In this document: one piece after another, positions 38,956 through 48,128 of the stretch
Layout: every line of letters begins with the position of its first letter
Position numbering within the stretch: the stretch's first letter is position 1
Assembly (NCBI GenBank): GCA_963714585.1
Contig: CAVQPC010000044.1
Coordinates: 20,250 to 84,249 of the forward strand
Length of the DNA stretch: 64,000 nt
Origin: an uncultured Methylomirabilota bacterium
Lineage (GTDB): Bacteria > Methylomirabilota > Methylomirabilia > Methylomirabilales > 2-02-FULL-66-22
Reading direction: 5' to 3'
Made by a program: the position numbers and the translations under genes
The notes under the pieces: generated by a model
What the model was told of the DNA's origin: nothing
The model's database searches: none
What the model saw: only the letters and a program-made list of their open reading frames with translations

Positions 38956-39432
38956 ATGCTCTCGTACGTCGATCGAGTCGTCCAGCGTACCGGTCGGGCG
39001 GTGGTGATCCTGGCCCTGGTGGCGATGCTGGCTCTCCTGGCTCTCGGAGTGGTCGTGCGCACCTTCCCGTTCATCCCCCTGGCGGGGTACGATGAGATCG
39101 TCGAGCTGCTGATGGCCTGGATGACGTTTCTCGGCGCCGCGGTGCTGTGGGGAGAGGGATCGCTGTACCGCGTGGACGTGCTGACTTCCCGCCTGGGGCC
39201 CAGAGCCGCGCGGCTCCTCGGCTTTGGCGTCCAGTTGATCACCCTGGTGTTCGCCTTCGTGCTGACGTTGGAGGGGTGGCGCGTCGCGGTCCTCTCAGCG
39301 GAAACCACCCCGTTCCTGCGCTTCCCCAAGAGCATCGCCTACGCCTCCATGCCCGTCGCCGGCATGGTGATGATCGCCTACACCCTAAGCGGCATCCGGC
39401 GGGCACTCTCCGAAATCTGGCGGAAGCGATGA
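38956..39432 (+). CDS. dctQ: TRAP transporter small permease (DctQ)
   Basis: The internal ATG at 38956 (AGGAG upstream) starts a 158-aa protein with four hydrophobic segments (MLSYVDRVVQRTGRAVVILALVAMLALLALGVVVR...GYDEIVELLMAWMTFLGAAV...). It lies downstream of dctM rather than between P and M. Confidence 0.85.
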   Translation: MLSYVDRVVQRTGRAVVILALVAMLALLALGVVVRTFPFIPLAGYDEIVELLMAWMTFLGAAVLWGEGSLYRVDVLTSRLGPRAARLLGFGVQLITLVFAFVLTLEGWRVAVLSAETTPFLRFPKSIAYASMPVAGMVMIAYTLSGIRRALSEIWRKR

Positions 39433-39630
39433 AGCCGGAAACTCCCGCGGCGGCAAGCATCGCTCGGCCCCTGGGAGCGACCGCCTGGCGAAATCAGGGC
39501 CGATGCCTGGCATTGGCAGGGGAGACACGTTGGGCCAGAGGGTCGGAGGACTTGGGGGGGCAAACGCAAGGTGCAAACAGGCCGGATGCTCCGCGCCATG
39601 CGGATGAGGCATCCCTCTCAAGGCTGAAAC

Positions 39631-39658
39631 TCGGGTTCGAATCCCGATAGGGCCACCA
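39631..39658 (+). other. Orphan tRNA-like 3' end (T-arm + acceptor strand + CCA) with no matching 5' half
   Basis: TCGGG-TTCGAAT-CCCGA TAGGGCC A CCA. The complementary 5' acceptor strand GGCCCTA was not found in the preceding ~500 nt. Confidence 0.5.
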
Positions 39659-39664
39659 TGAAAA

Positions 39665-39705
39665 AGAGCCTGGAATCTCAACGATTCCAGGCTCTTTGCT
39701 TTTTC
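39665..39705 (+). terminator. Rho-independent terminator
   Basis: AGAGCCTGGAATC-tcaac-GATTCCAGGCTCT forms a 13-bp perfect stem followed by TTGCTTTTT. It lies immediately after the tRNA-like end. Confidence 0.75.
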
Positions 39706-39918
39706 TCGCCACTTGGGAGGCATGTCTCAGAATCCCGCAGTATCCCCCTGCATATCTCAGCTCAGCGGCAACGGAATGGCAACACTTGTGACTTTGCGAA
39801 AGGTAGCCTGGGCTGGATCGAGGTCGGACCGTGGGACTCCCGGCTCCTGTGGTTCCCGATAACTCGCTATCCTGGGGCACTACTGTCCGTGTAGCGCATC
39901 CGGTTCCCTGGACACAAG

Positions 39919-39942
39919 GTTGTGAGTCACGTTGTGAGTCAC
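39919..39942. repeat. Tandem 12-bp duplication GTTGTGAGTCAC x2 at the end of the IS3-like remnant
   Basis: There are perfect direct tandem copies at 39919-39930 and 39931-39942. They overlap the orfB stop codon. Confidence 0.8.
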
Positions 39943-40607
39943 GCGGCCACCGGGAGCGCCGCCGAGGGCCAGGCCGCGCGGGCTTGCGCCGGGCTCCGGT
40001 AGCCGTTCTTCTCGACGAGCCAGTGAACGGTGGCGCGCATGACGAAGTCGGCAACCGCGGCCCGGACGTCGGCGGCGGTACGGAAGGTCTGCCCGTAGAT
40101 GGCCTGCTCCTTTAGCGTCCGCATGAACCGCTCCGCGACGCCGTTGGTCTCCGGCTCCGCCCCGAAGGCGAAGCGCGGGGTGATGCCCCAGAAACGGAGC
40201 TGGTTCACGAAGTGGTCCGAGAGGTACTGCGTGCCATGATCCAGCCGGACGGCCACCCCGCGGGCGACGTCGGCTCCCACGCCACCATGCAGCCGCACCA
40301 CAGCCTGAGCCAGCGGCTCCAGCGCGGCGTAGGCGTTCCTGTGCTTGGCGACATGCCAGCCCACCCACTCGGCGTTCCAGTGCTCCACGGCCACGACGGC
40401 CCAGACCCAGCCCTCGTCCAACATGTAACGCTTGGCGCCGTCCGCGGCGATGGCCGGCTTGGGCCCCCGCCGCGCCAGCGCGACAGGATGCGCCACGCGA
40501 GCCTGCCGGGCATAGACCGTGGAGCGAGCCTGCTCCCAGACCCGGCACACCCGGACAATGCCGTACGGCGTGCCGGTGCTGCCGGAGAGCGTGTGGCTCA
40601 ACGTCAT
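39939..40607 (-). pseudogene. rve integrase-core transposase OrfB, apparently internally deleted (223 aa)
   Basis: MTLSHTLSGSTGTPYGIVRVCRVWEQARSTVYARQ...RRGPKP | AIAADGAKRYMLDEGWVWAVVAVEHWNAEWVGWHVAKHRNAYAALEPL...RLDHGTQYLSDHFVNQLRFWGITPRFAFGAEPETNGVAERFMRTLKEQ.... The catalytic-core motifs are present, but about 80 aa normally found between the HTH and the first D are missing. Confidence 0.7.
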
Positions 40608-40795
40608 GACCTCCGCTTCGCCAACGGGCCGGGCTTCCGCACCCGCTGCCAGAGGAGCTCGTTCTCCATGGTGAGTGCGCCGATCCGCTGCAGGGCGGCG
40701 TCCAGGGCGGCATCGATCCCGGTCACCGCCTTCTCCCACCACTGGGCGAGCCGGTACGGCTCCACCCTTCGCTGGAAAACCGGGCTCCCTTGCTG
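40604..40795 (-). pseudogene. IS3-like OrfA C-terminal fragment
   Basis: The tail of ORF 40604..42001 reads ...VEPYRLAQWWEKAVTGIDAALDAALQRIGALTMENELLWQRVRKPGPLAKRRS*. This is a leucine-zipper-like OrfA end. Its stop overlaps the orfB ATG (ATGA). No N-terminal HTH part is present. Confidence 0.55.
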
Positions 40796-40960
40796 TTGGT
40801 TGGAAATCACAGTTGAAACAGATCGGGATCTGGACCATACTACGATCCAGCGCTTCTGGCGCGGGCCCGGGCGGTCGTGCTGCCAGCCGGACCCTGACGG
40901 TTCTCCCCGCCGCCTGAACTGCTTCAGCGGTTCGACCCCTCCACTCTGGGGAGGTGCCCG

Positions 40961-42223
40961 ATGTCGCGCCACGCATCCTGCCTTCTCCTGTCCGCGGTTC
41001 TGGTCGCGCTCGTCGGCATCAGCCCTGCGTCCGCCCAGCAGCCCCCGCCGGGCTACCAGCTCCTCACCGCGCCACAAGCGAGCGGCGGGCTCCTTCTCAG
41101 CCGACGCCAGGGGGCAGCCAGCGCGGTCCAACTCCTCCGCCAAGGCTTCCGCGAGGTGGCCCCGTTCTTCGATCGCCGCCCCGAGGCGCTCGGGGCCTAC
41201 GCGGATCTCCGGGACCAGTACGCTCAGGCCGGCTTCCTGACCACGAGCCGCCAAGCCGTCCTGAACGGGGTGGCCTTCGCGACGATCACCAGTGGCGGGG
41301 GCACGCTCGGCTTTGCCTTCGACAGTCCCCAGACCCTCAGGCAGAGCCTCCCCCGACTCCTCCAACTGGCTGGCGTTTCGGAGGGCGGTGCCGCGGCTGC
41401 TTGCGCTCCGCCGCCGCAGCGGTGGCAGGTCGTGCCCTTCCCGGACGGCAGCGGCCAGATCCAACTCCCCGAGGGCTGGCGGATCACCTCCGCCCAACAG
41501 GGCGTCGTGAGCGCGGAGGGGCCGCAGGGTCTGATTAATCGGGGCCAGCAGGTCACGCTCATGACCCGGGCGGGCGCGGCCCAGTCGTTCACGGGGGTCC
41601 CCTTCCCGGTGGTTGACCCGATCGATCCGGTCACGCCCCTCTTGGCCGCCTGGGCGCACGCGGCGGCATTCAACCGGCAACAAGGGCTCCCTCCGGCCCA
41701 GGTGAGGCGCGTCCTCACCGTGGCCCCCGCACCGCCCCCCGCGGGCTTCATTCACCACGCCCTCGTGGATCTCGAAGTCGACCTGCAGGGGCGGACGTAC
41801 CACACCCTCTCGCACATCCTTGTGAGCGCCATCATGCCTGGAGGGCTGTACCTCTACCACGAGTCGAACGGCATGGCGCCGGTCGAGTGCTTCAACGAGC
41901 ACCTCCCCACCCTCATGCAGATCCTCGGGTCTGCGCAAACGGCCAGCCATGTGGTCCGCGAGCGCCTTGAACGCGCCCGCCGCGACCAGCAAGAGGCTCA
42001 TGAGATCTGGTGGGACGCCACCCGGAACCGCAATCGCTCCCTCGACAAGATTTCCGACGACTGGACGGAAACGCGCCGGGGTACGCGCGTGATCGAGGAT
42101 ACCCAGACCGGAACGCGCAGCGATGCGGATCTGGCCTACAGTGCCGATATCGTTCGCCGGCTGAACCGGGAGGAGGGGTACGATCGGTACCGGGAGATCC
42201 CGCTGCGGGACCTGAATCAGTAG
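40961..42223 (+). CDS. Exported protein, uncharacterised paralog family, copy 1 of 4
   Basis: The signal peptide ends ...SPASA|QQPPPGYQLLTAPQ. Shared blocks include GFAFDSPQTLRQSLPRLLQL, FPDGSGQIQLPEGWRITSAQQGVVSAEGPQG and the C-terminal GTRVIEDTQTGTRSDADLAYSADIVRRLNREEGYDRYREIPLRDLNQ*. Confidence 0.8.
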   Translation: MSRHASCLLLSAVLVALVGISPASAQQPPPGYQLLTAPQASGGLLLSRRQGAASAVQLLRQGFREVAPFFDRRPEALGAYADLRDQYAQAGFLTTSRQAVLNGVAFATITSGGGTLGFAFDSPQTLRQSLPRLLQLAGVSEGGAAAACAPPPQRWQVVPFPDGSGQIQLPEGWRITSAQQGVVSAEGPQGLINRGQQVTLMTRAGAAQSFTGVPFPVVDPIDPVTPLLAAWAHAAAFNRQQGLPPAQVRRVLTVAPAPPPAGFIHHALVDLEVDLQGRTYHTLSHILVSAIMPGGLYLYHESNGMAPVECFNEHLPTLMQILGSAQTASHVVRERLERARRDQQEAHEIWWDATRNRNRSLDKISDDWTETRRGTRVIEDTQTGTRSDADLAYSADIVRRLNREEGYDRYREIPLRDLNQ

Positions 42224-42327
42224 GTCGGTGTACGGCGGGCGCTCGGTGACTCACCGGGGGGGGTGGAGGCATACGCGCAGGCTACCGTCCACATCTTTAT
42301 ACTTCCGCGAACAGAGGAGAGAGGGTC

Positions 42328-42978
42328 ATGAGCCAATTCCCGGTCCTCCGCACCACTCTGGCGCTGTTGCTGGCCGTCTCCCTGAGCCTGGCGGCCAGTC
42401 TCGCCCTCGCGCAGTGGTATCCCTCGCAGTCGCAGCCGCCCCAGGCTCCCCAGTATCCCCAGCCGCCCCAGTATCCGCCCCAGGCTCCCCAGTATCCAGG
42501 CGCCCCCCCGGCCCCGGGCCCGTCCGTCCCGGGGATGGCCCAACCTCCAATGCCGGGGGCTGTCCAACCCGGCGGGCAGATGTTCGCCGACGCATTCGGC
42601 CGCTTCCGGGTCAGTCTCCCCCAAGGCACCATGCCAGTGGGGGCCATTTACAACTTCATGAATCCCGCGTCCATGACCCAAATCAGCATCCAGACCATGG
42701 GGCAGGACCAGATGTTCCAGATGAACCTCCAGAACTTCCCCGCCATGATGCGGCAGATGGGAGCGACGGTGGACACCGAGCAGCCTCTAAATGTCCGGGG
42801 CAAGCAGGCCCGACTGGTTGCTGCCACCATGCGTGACCAAACCTCCGGCACGTCGATGCATTCTATGAACGTATTCATCTCCGAGGTCAACCTGTGGATC
42901 CAGGTGATGGGGCCGGAGCAGAATGCCGCGCAGCTCCAGCAGACGCTCCAGGCGATCCTGAACGGGCTGCAGTTCTGA
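42328..42978 (+). CDS. Exported protein with Pro/Gln-rich QYPQPP repeats and a globular C-terminal domain
   Basis: The signal peptide ends ...LALA|QWYPSQSQPPQAPQYPQPPQYPPQAPQYPGAPPAPGP.... It continues FGRFRVSLPQGTMPVGAIYNFMNP...NVRGKQARLVAATMRD...LWIQVMGPEQNAAQLQQTLQAILNGLQF, a possible PsbP/DUF1795-like fold (inference only). Confidence 0.75.
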   Translation: MSQFPVLRTTLALLLAVSLSLAASLALAQWYPSQSQPPQAPQYPQPPQYPPQAPQYPGAPPAPGPSVPGMAQPPMPGAVQPGGQMFADAFGRFRVSLPQGTMPVGAIYNFMNPASMTQISIQTMGQDQMFQMNLQNFPAMMRQMGATVDTEQPLNVRGKQARLVAATMRDQTSGTSMHSMNVFISEVNLWIQVMGPEQNAAQLQQTLQAILNGLQF

Positions 42979-43014
42979 TGGTGAATCGTCAGCACGCAAT
43001 GCGAGGAGAGGCGG

Positions 43015-43401
43015 ATGCGCGTGAGATATAGCAAGCTCGTCGGCACCGCGTGCATCGTCGCGAGCATCGTCCTCGGCGTCCTCGCGCTCTTCTCCCACAA
43101 CGTGTCGCTCGTGGGCGCGCTGACGCCGGTAGCGTTTCTTGGGTTCGGGCTATCGTTCCTCACCCGATCCTACCTGCTCGTTGATGATCAAGCACTGATC
43201 GTGCAGGCGTTGCTCGGGCCCGCCCGGGAAACTTACCGATTGGAGGCCGCGGACTCCCTTGAGTTCGACGGGAAGCACGTCTTCCTCGTCGGCAAGAGCG
43301 CGCGTCGTCGAGTGCGCGGCGTGACGGGGTGGCTAGCGGACAGGCGCGATTGGGCCGCGTTCCGGGCATGGGGGGAGCAGAGGGGCCGGCCGCGGGGGTA
43401 G
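43015..43401 (+). CDS. Small membrane protein with PH-like C-terminal region
   Basis: Two N-terminal TM segments (LVGTACIVASIVLGVLALF, LVGALTPVAFLGFGLSFL) are followed by LLVDDQALIVQALLGPARETYRLEAADSLEFDGKHVFLVGKSARRRV. The bacterial PH-like pattern is an inference. Confidence 0.55.
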   Translation: MRVRYSKLVGTACIVASIVLGVLALFSHNVSLVGALTPVAFLGFGLSFLTRSYLLVDDQALIVQALLGPARETYRLEAADSLEFDGKHVFLVGKSARRRVRGVTGWLADRRDWAAFRAWGEQRGRPRG

Positions 43402-43476
43402 GCGCACGAGGAGGTTCTCCGCGGTGCAATGGAACAGCCCCAGCCCGGCTCTTGATTTCGGCCCGAACGTACGGAT

Positions 43477-43863
43477 ATGGGGCAGATAGTTCGAGCATCG
43501 TGCCTCGAATGCGGGCAGCGCTTCGAAGAGAGTCGCGGCGGAGGCTTCACGTTCCACCTCCTCCGGTGCGATAGTTGCGGCAGGGCGACCGCCGCCAGCT
43601 TTGCCGCCCTCGGCACGCTGCATCTCCGCTATCTCAAAGGATTGCCGGGTCCGTACTGTCTCGCCACGGCGGAGCACGACGAACACGTGCGCACGAGCGT
43701 CGCTGTGGAACCGATTTCGACCGAGGAGTATCACCAGGCGGTTCAAAAGTTCGCTGGGAGGTGCCGATGCGGCGGGAGCTACGCCTTCGCCGCCCCGCCC
43801 CGATGCCCTCGGTGCCGATCGACACGCATCACCGAGGGCGAGATCCTGATCTGCTATGACTGA
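43477..43863 (+). CDS. Zinc-ribbon protein (128 aa)
   Basis: MGQIVRASCLECGQRFEE...LLRCDSCGR......GRCRCGGSYAFAAPPRCPRCRS has two CxxC...CxxC-type clusters. Confidence 0.55.
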   Translation: MGQIVRASCLECGQRFEESRGGGFTFHLLRCDSCGRATAASFAALGTLHLRYLKGLPGPYCLATAEHDEHVRTSVAVEPISTEEYHQAVQKFAGRCRCGGSYAFAAPPRCPRCRSTRITEGEILICYD

Positions 43864-43929
43864 TCGCCGACCATATCCTGCTCCGTCTGCATTGGCTTAG
43901 CGGCTCGACCCTCTCCTGGGAGGCACCAG

Positions 43930-45237
43930 ATGTCGCGCTACTTGATCCGCTTCCTCCTGCCCGCGGTAATGGTCTCGCTCGTCACGATCAATCCGGTATC
44001 CGCCCAGCAGCCCCCACCGGGTTACCAGCTCCTCACCGCCCCCCAGACCAGCGGCGGCCTCCTCCTCAATCAGCGTCAAGGTGTGGCGAGCGCGACTCAA
44101 CTTCTGTTCTCCGGGTTCCGCGAGGTCGCGACCTTCTTCGACACCCGCCCCCAAGCAGTGGGTGGCTTCCGGGATGCACGCGACGAGTATGCCGAGGCCG
44201 GGTTTCAGGGGACGATTCGTCGTGCGCCGGTGAGTGGCGTAACGTTCGCGGTGACGGCAGGGGGAACGGCAACAATTGGCTTCGCCTTCGACACGCCCAA
44301 TACGCTCCCGCAAAGCCTCCGTCGGCTTCTCGCACTGGTGGGATTCCAGGGGCTGGCGGCCCCGAGCAACTGCCCGCCGCCTGGCGAAAACTGGCAAGCC
44401 GTGCCGTATCCTGACGGGAGCGGGCAGATGGCCCTTCCGGCGGGCTGGCGGATCACATCCGCCAACCAGGGGATGGCCACGGCGGAAGGGCCGCACGGGG
44501 CGGTCAACGCGGCCCGGTGGGCTCCGGTTATCACCCGGGCCGGCGCCTCGCAGAACCTCGCCTCACAGCGCCAGCTCTCAGCGTATTTGGGCGTCCCGTT
44601 ACCGCAGCCCGAGATGCTCGTGGGTGATCCCACCAATCCGGCGTCGGCCTTGGTCGATGTGTATGCCGGCCTCTCTGCAGCGTTGAGGCAGTTGGGTCTG
44701 CCCCCGATCCGGATTCTGCGGGTGATTCGGGCCCGACCCGTGCCGGTGCAGGGGTTCGGCCTCGCGCAAGCCGGACTCGTCCACGTCGAGCTCGAGGAGG
44801 GTGGGGTGGTGAAGCAAGGCCTTGCGTACGTGATTCTGGGAACCGTCGATGCCGACGGGCAGTGGCTCTATTTCGAGACGAGCGTTAGTGCCGAGGCCAC
44901 CTGCTTCGCCCAAAACGTGCCCACCCTGGTCCGGATCGCGACCTCTGCCCAAACCGCCAACCACGTGCTCCAGGGTCGCCTGGAGCACGCCGCCCAGGTC
45001 GCCCGGGAAATTGAGGACATGGTGAACTCCGGACACCAGAACCGCAGCCGGATCCACGACCGGATGGACGAGAAATATCGTGAGCAACACGTGGGCACGC
45101 GCGTCATCGAGGACATGGCCACCGGCACCCGGACGACCGTAGATCTGGCCCACAGTGCCGATATCGTCCGCCGCTTGAATCAACAGTACGGCTCAGATCG
45201 CTACCGGGAGATTCCAGCCGGGGCCCTCAACCAGTAG
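43930..45237 (+). CDS. Exported protein, uncharacterised paralog family, copy 2 of 4
   Basis: ...NPVSA|QQPPPGYQLLTAPQ...GFAFDTPNTLPQSLRRLLAL...YPDGSGQMALPAGWRITSANQGMATAEGPHG...GTRVIEDMATGTRTTVDLAHSADIVRRLNQQYGSDRYREIPAGALNQ*. About 40 nt of 5' UTR including the GGGAGG RBS is homologous to that of copy 1. Confidence 0.8.
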   Translation: MSRYLIRFLLPAVMVSLVTINPVSAQQPPPGYQLLTAPQTSGGLLLNQRQGVASATQLLFSGFREVATFFDTRPQAVGGFRDARDEYAEAGFQGTIRRAPVSGVTFAVTAGGTATIGFAFDTPNTLPQSLRRLLALVGFQGLAAPSNCPPPGENWQAVPYPDGSGQMALPAGWRITSANQGMATAEGPHGAVNAARWAPVITRAGASQNLASQRQLSAYLGVPLPQPEMLVGDPTNPASALVDVYAGLSAALRQLGLPPIRILRVIRARPVPVQGFGLAQAGLVHVELEEGGVVKQGLAYVILGTVDADGQWLYFETSVSAEATCFAQNVPTLVRIATSAQTANHVLQGRLEHAAQVAREIEDMVNSGHQNRSRIHDRMDEKYREQHVGTRVIEDMATGTRTTVDLAHSADIVRRLNQQYGSDRYREIPAGALNQ

Positions 45238-45332
45238 AGGAGACACCCTGAGATGCGTTGGCTGGCGACAACTGTGACGGGGCGGAGCCCCGGAGATGTC
45301 AGCGAATCCTCTTCCGCGATACGAGGTGCGCC

Positions 45333-46610
45333 ATGGCCTTGAGAGGTCTTGTCCATCACGCGCTACTCGTGCTTCTTCTCTGCCTCGCAGCGTGTGATCT
45401 CGCCTTCGCCCAGCAAGGGCTGCCGCCGGGTTATCGACTCCTGACCGATCCGCACGTGTCAGGCGGAATCCTGGTCGCGCAAGGGCCGGCGCAGAGTGCG
45501 ACATCGCTCTTGATTCAGGCGCTCGGCGATGTGACGCCATTCTTCGACCGCCGGCCAGGTGTCTTCACGGCATTTCGGGACGCGTACGATCAACGGGCGG
45601 AGGCTGGTTTCCAGGGCACGATCCGCCGTGCGCCCGTGCAGGGGGTTGCCTTCGCAACGGTTCGCTCCGGCGTCGGAACGATCGGCTTTGCATTCGACAG
45701 CCCTCAGACGATCGCTCACACCCTGCCCCGCCTCCGGCAACTCGCTGCGCCGCTCGTCGGGCCCGGTCAGGATCCCACAGGCGCCCTCAATTGGCGGATC
45801 GTGCCTTTTCCCGATGGCAGCGGCCAGATGGAATTGCCGGACGGGTGGCAGTTCACCTTCGCGCAGAAGGGCATGGTGGCCGCCATGGGTCCCCAGGGGA
45901 TCATCGAACGAGCGGTCGCGAGCCGGATCATGTCCCGGGCCGGCGCGGCTCAGATGGCTGCCATGTACCCGACCCTGCCCTGGCCCGGCCCCGTCCTGGA
46001 TCCCACCGACCCTGTCTCGGCCTTCGTCGAGTTCTCCGCCCAGATCGCCGCGGGTATTGCCCGGCGGTCAGGGCAGCCGCCCGATCGCCTGCTCCGGGTA
46101 ATCGAGGCGTCGCCCGTCGCACTGCGAGCCCCCGGGCTCACCCAGGCAGCGTACATCGATTACGAGGTCCAGCGGGCGGAGGGAGTGTGGCGCGGGTTGA
46201 GGCTCGTCATCCTCGGCTCGATCATGTCGGACGGATCGTGGTTGCTCTACCAGACGTACGTCTCGTCGCCGACGCAGTCCTTCGCCCAGAACCTCCCCGT
46301 GCTCGTGCGAATCTGGAACTCGGCGCTGACCGCGCAGCACGTCATCCAGGAGCGGCTGGATAATGCCTTGAACAGCCTCCGTGAGGCGGGCGAGATCTGG
46401 CGCCAGAGCACCCAGAACCGCCAGCAGGCCGAGCAGCGGATGGCCGACGACTGGACCGAGGTCTTCCGCGGGACGCGGGTGATCGAAGACACGCGCACTG
46501 GTACGCGGGTGGACGCGAGTATCGGGTACAGTACCGAGATCGTTGATCTGCTGAACCGGCAAAGCCCCGGGCGTTACCGGGAGATTCCGCTGCGGGAGCT
46601 CAATCGTTAG
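45333..46610 (+). CDS. Exported protein (possible lipoprotein), uncharacterised paralog family, copy 3 of 4
   Basis: The internal ATG at 45333 gives MALRGLVHHALLVLLLCLAACDLAFAQQGLPPGYRLLTDPH..., with a lipobox-like LAAC. Shared blocks include ...FPDGSGQMELPDGWQFTFAQKGMVAAMGPQG...GTRVIEDTRTGTRVDASIGYSTEIVDLLNRQSPGRYREIPLRELNR*. Confidence 0.8.
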   Translation: MALRGLVHHALLVLLLCLAACDLAFAQQGLPPGYRLLTDPHVSGGILVAQGPAQSATSLLIQALGDVTPFFDRRPGVFTAFRDAYDQRAEAGFQGTIRRAPVQGVAFATVRSGVGTIGFAFDSPQTIAHTLPRLRQLAAPLVGPGQDPTGALNWRIVPFPDGSGQMELPDGWQFTFAQKGMVAAMGPQGIIERAVASRIMSRAGAAQMAAMYPTLPWPGPVLDPTDPVSAFVEFSAQIAAGIARRSGQPPDRLLRVIEASPVALRAPGLTQAAYIDYEVQRAEGVWRGLRLVILGSIMSDGSWLLYQTYVSSPTQSFAQNLPVLVRIWNSALTAQHVIQERLDNALNSLREAGEIWRQSTQNRQQAEQRMADDWTEVFRGTRVIEDTRTGTRVDASIGYSTEIVDLLNRQSPGRYREIPLRELNR

Positions 46611-46661
46611 GGGCACCTGGTAAAATTCTCGAGGCATGATCACCTGCGGGAGGTCGCGGCC

Positions 46662-48025
46662 ATGGCTAGTCAACGGCTGACCTGTGTCGCTGCAATCGCG
46701 GTGCTCCAGATCGCGTTGGGCGCCTGGGGGGTTGTGTCCGGCCAGGCGGCCATGCTTGCCGAATGGCCGACCCGGATCGAATCAGAACAACTCATCGTCC
46801 AGTACGACCCGGCGACCTGGGCGAAGGACAGCGTCCGCATCAGCCCCGACGGAAAACGCTTTGCGGTGATCCTCCAGGCCGAGAACAAGGCCCGCGCCAC
46901 GATCGACGGTCGGGACGGGAAGGCCTATGCGTGGGTCCGCGACATCACGTTCAGCGGGGACAGTCGCCACGTCGCCTACGTGGCGACGATCGACGGTCAG
47001 GACCTCCAGGTCGTCGACGACCGGGAGGGAGCCTTTCGGGGCGAGATCTGGGGCGGGACACGTAGCCCGGGCGGGACGCTCCGTCTCAACACCGACGGCA
47101 CGCGTGTCGCCTTCATTGCCCGGAAGGCCAACACACCGGCCTTCGGCGTGGTCGCGGACGGCGTCATGGAGCCCGCCAACGTCGACCCAAATGACGGCGC
47201 TCCGGTCTTCAGCCCGGACGGCAAGCGCCTCGCTTACATCGCCCAAGAAGGCGCGCAGCGGTTCGTGGTCCTCGACGGGAAACCGGGCACGCGGTCGACA
47301 CCGTGTACAAGGGGACGCTCACGTTCAGCCCGGACGGCAAGCGCCTCGCTTACCTCGCCGGGAAGGGCGACAAGTGGACGGTCGTCGTGGACGGAGTCGA
47401 GGGGAGGCCGCACGCGAATGTGGTCGTCACGACACTACGCTTCAGCCCGGACGGAACGAAGCTGGCCTACGCGGCGGAGGTCGAGCCGGGCAAGTGGGCT
47501 GTCGTGGTCAATGGGGAAGCGGGCAAGACCTACGATTACATCGGTCCCTTCACCGGCCTCAACTGGAGTCCCGATAGCACGCGGCTGGCGTATGCCGTGC
47601 AGCTCGGCACGCAGTGGGCGATCGTCCTCGACGGTGAGGGGAGAGCCTACGATGCGGTGGCGGACGTGGTCTTCAGCCCCGACAGCAGGCGCGCTGCCTT
47701 CTGCGCGCAGGTCGCCGGTACGTGGGTGGCCGTCATAAGCGACCGGGAGGCCGGGACGTTTCAGTCTGTCCTGAAGTCCGAATCTGTCCTGAACGAGACC
47801 TTGACTTTCAGCCCCGACGGCAAGCACCTGCTCTATGGTGCCTTGACGCCCGACGGGCGGCCGCACATGGTCGTGGACGGGAAGGCGGCTCAGTCCTTCT
47901 ACGAGGCCATCTGGAACATCCAGGGTGGCCGCGTCGTCTCCGACACGCCCACGAGTTTCTCGTACATCGCTCAGAAGGGCGGGAAGATCTACCTCGTGCG
48001 CGAGGCTCTGGTCCAGGCCCCGTGA
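46662..48025 (+). CDS. Exported PD40/TolB-like beta-propeller repeat protein, frame break near 47286
   Basis: ORF 46662.. reads ...VFSPDGKRLAYIAQEGAQRFVVLDGKPG. ORF 47303..48025 reads HAVDTVYKGTLTFSPDGKRLAYLAGKGDKWTVVVDG...LRFSPDGTKLAYAAE...NWSPDSTRLAYAVQ...VFSPDSRRAAF...TFSPDGKHLLYG. The two join if one base is added. The FSPDG.+LAY motif recurs. Confidence 0.75.
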
Positions 48026-48128
48026 GGGGAGCCGTCAACCCTCAGCCTTCCGCGCCTCACTGCTCGTTCGCTCTCTGCAGACACTGTGACTGCAGGCGAC
48101 CACGCGAATGAGCCGGCGAACCGGACGC

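Larger units (their letters stand above)
39919..40800 (-). mobile_element. Decayed IS3-family-like element (orfA C-terminal piece + internally deleted orfB)
   Basis: See the two pseudogene entries below. The outer ends are not defined. The upstream (40800+) side runs straight into the 5' UTR of the first paralog gene. Confidence 0.6.

Noticed and set aside
39433-39658. tmRNA (ssrA) or a complete tRNA ending at the CCA at 39658.
   Set aside because: The acceptor 3' strand TAGGGCC would need a 5' GGCCCTA, which is absent upstream. Position 70 is G, so the G3:U70 alanine identity pair required for tmRNA is impossible. No plausible tag ORF ending in ..LAA or ..AA was seen. About 220 nt between dctQ and the CCA is too short for a standard tmRNA. 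It is kept only as an orphan tRNA-like 3' end.
39919-39942. Tandem 12-bp repeat and other short tandem or low-complexity repeats (for example the QYPQPP-coding repeats at about 42420-42500), as a CRISPR array.
   Set aside because: There are only two abutting units with no spacers. The 42.4-kb repeats are in-frame codon repeats of a Pro/Gln-rich protein. No repeat-spacer architecture was seen anywhere in the window.
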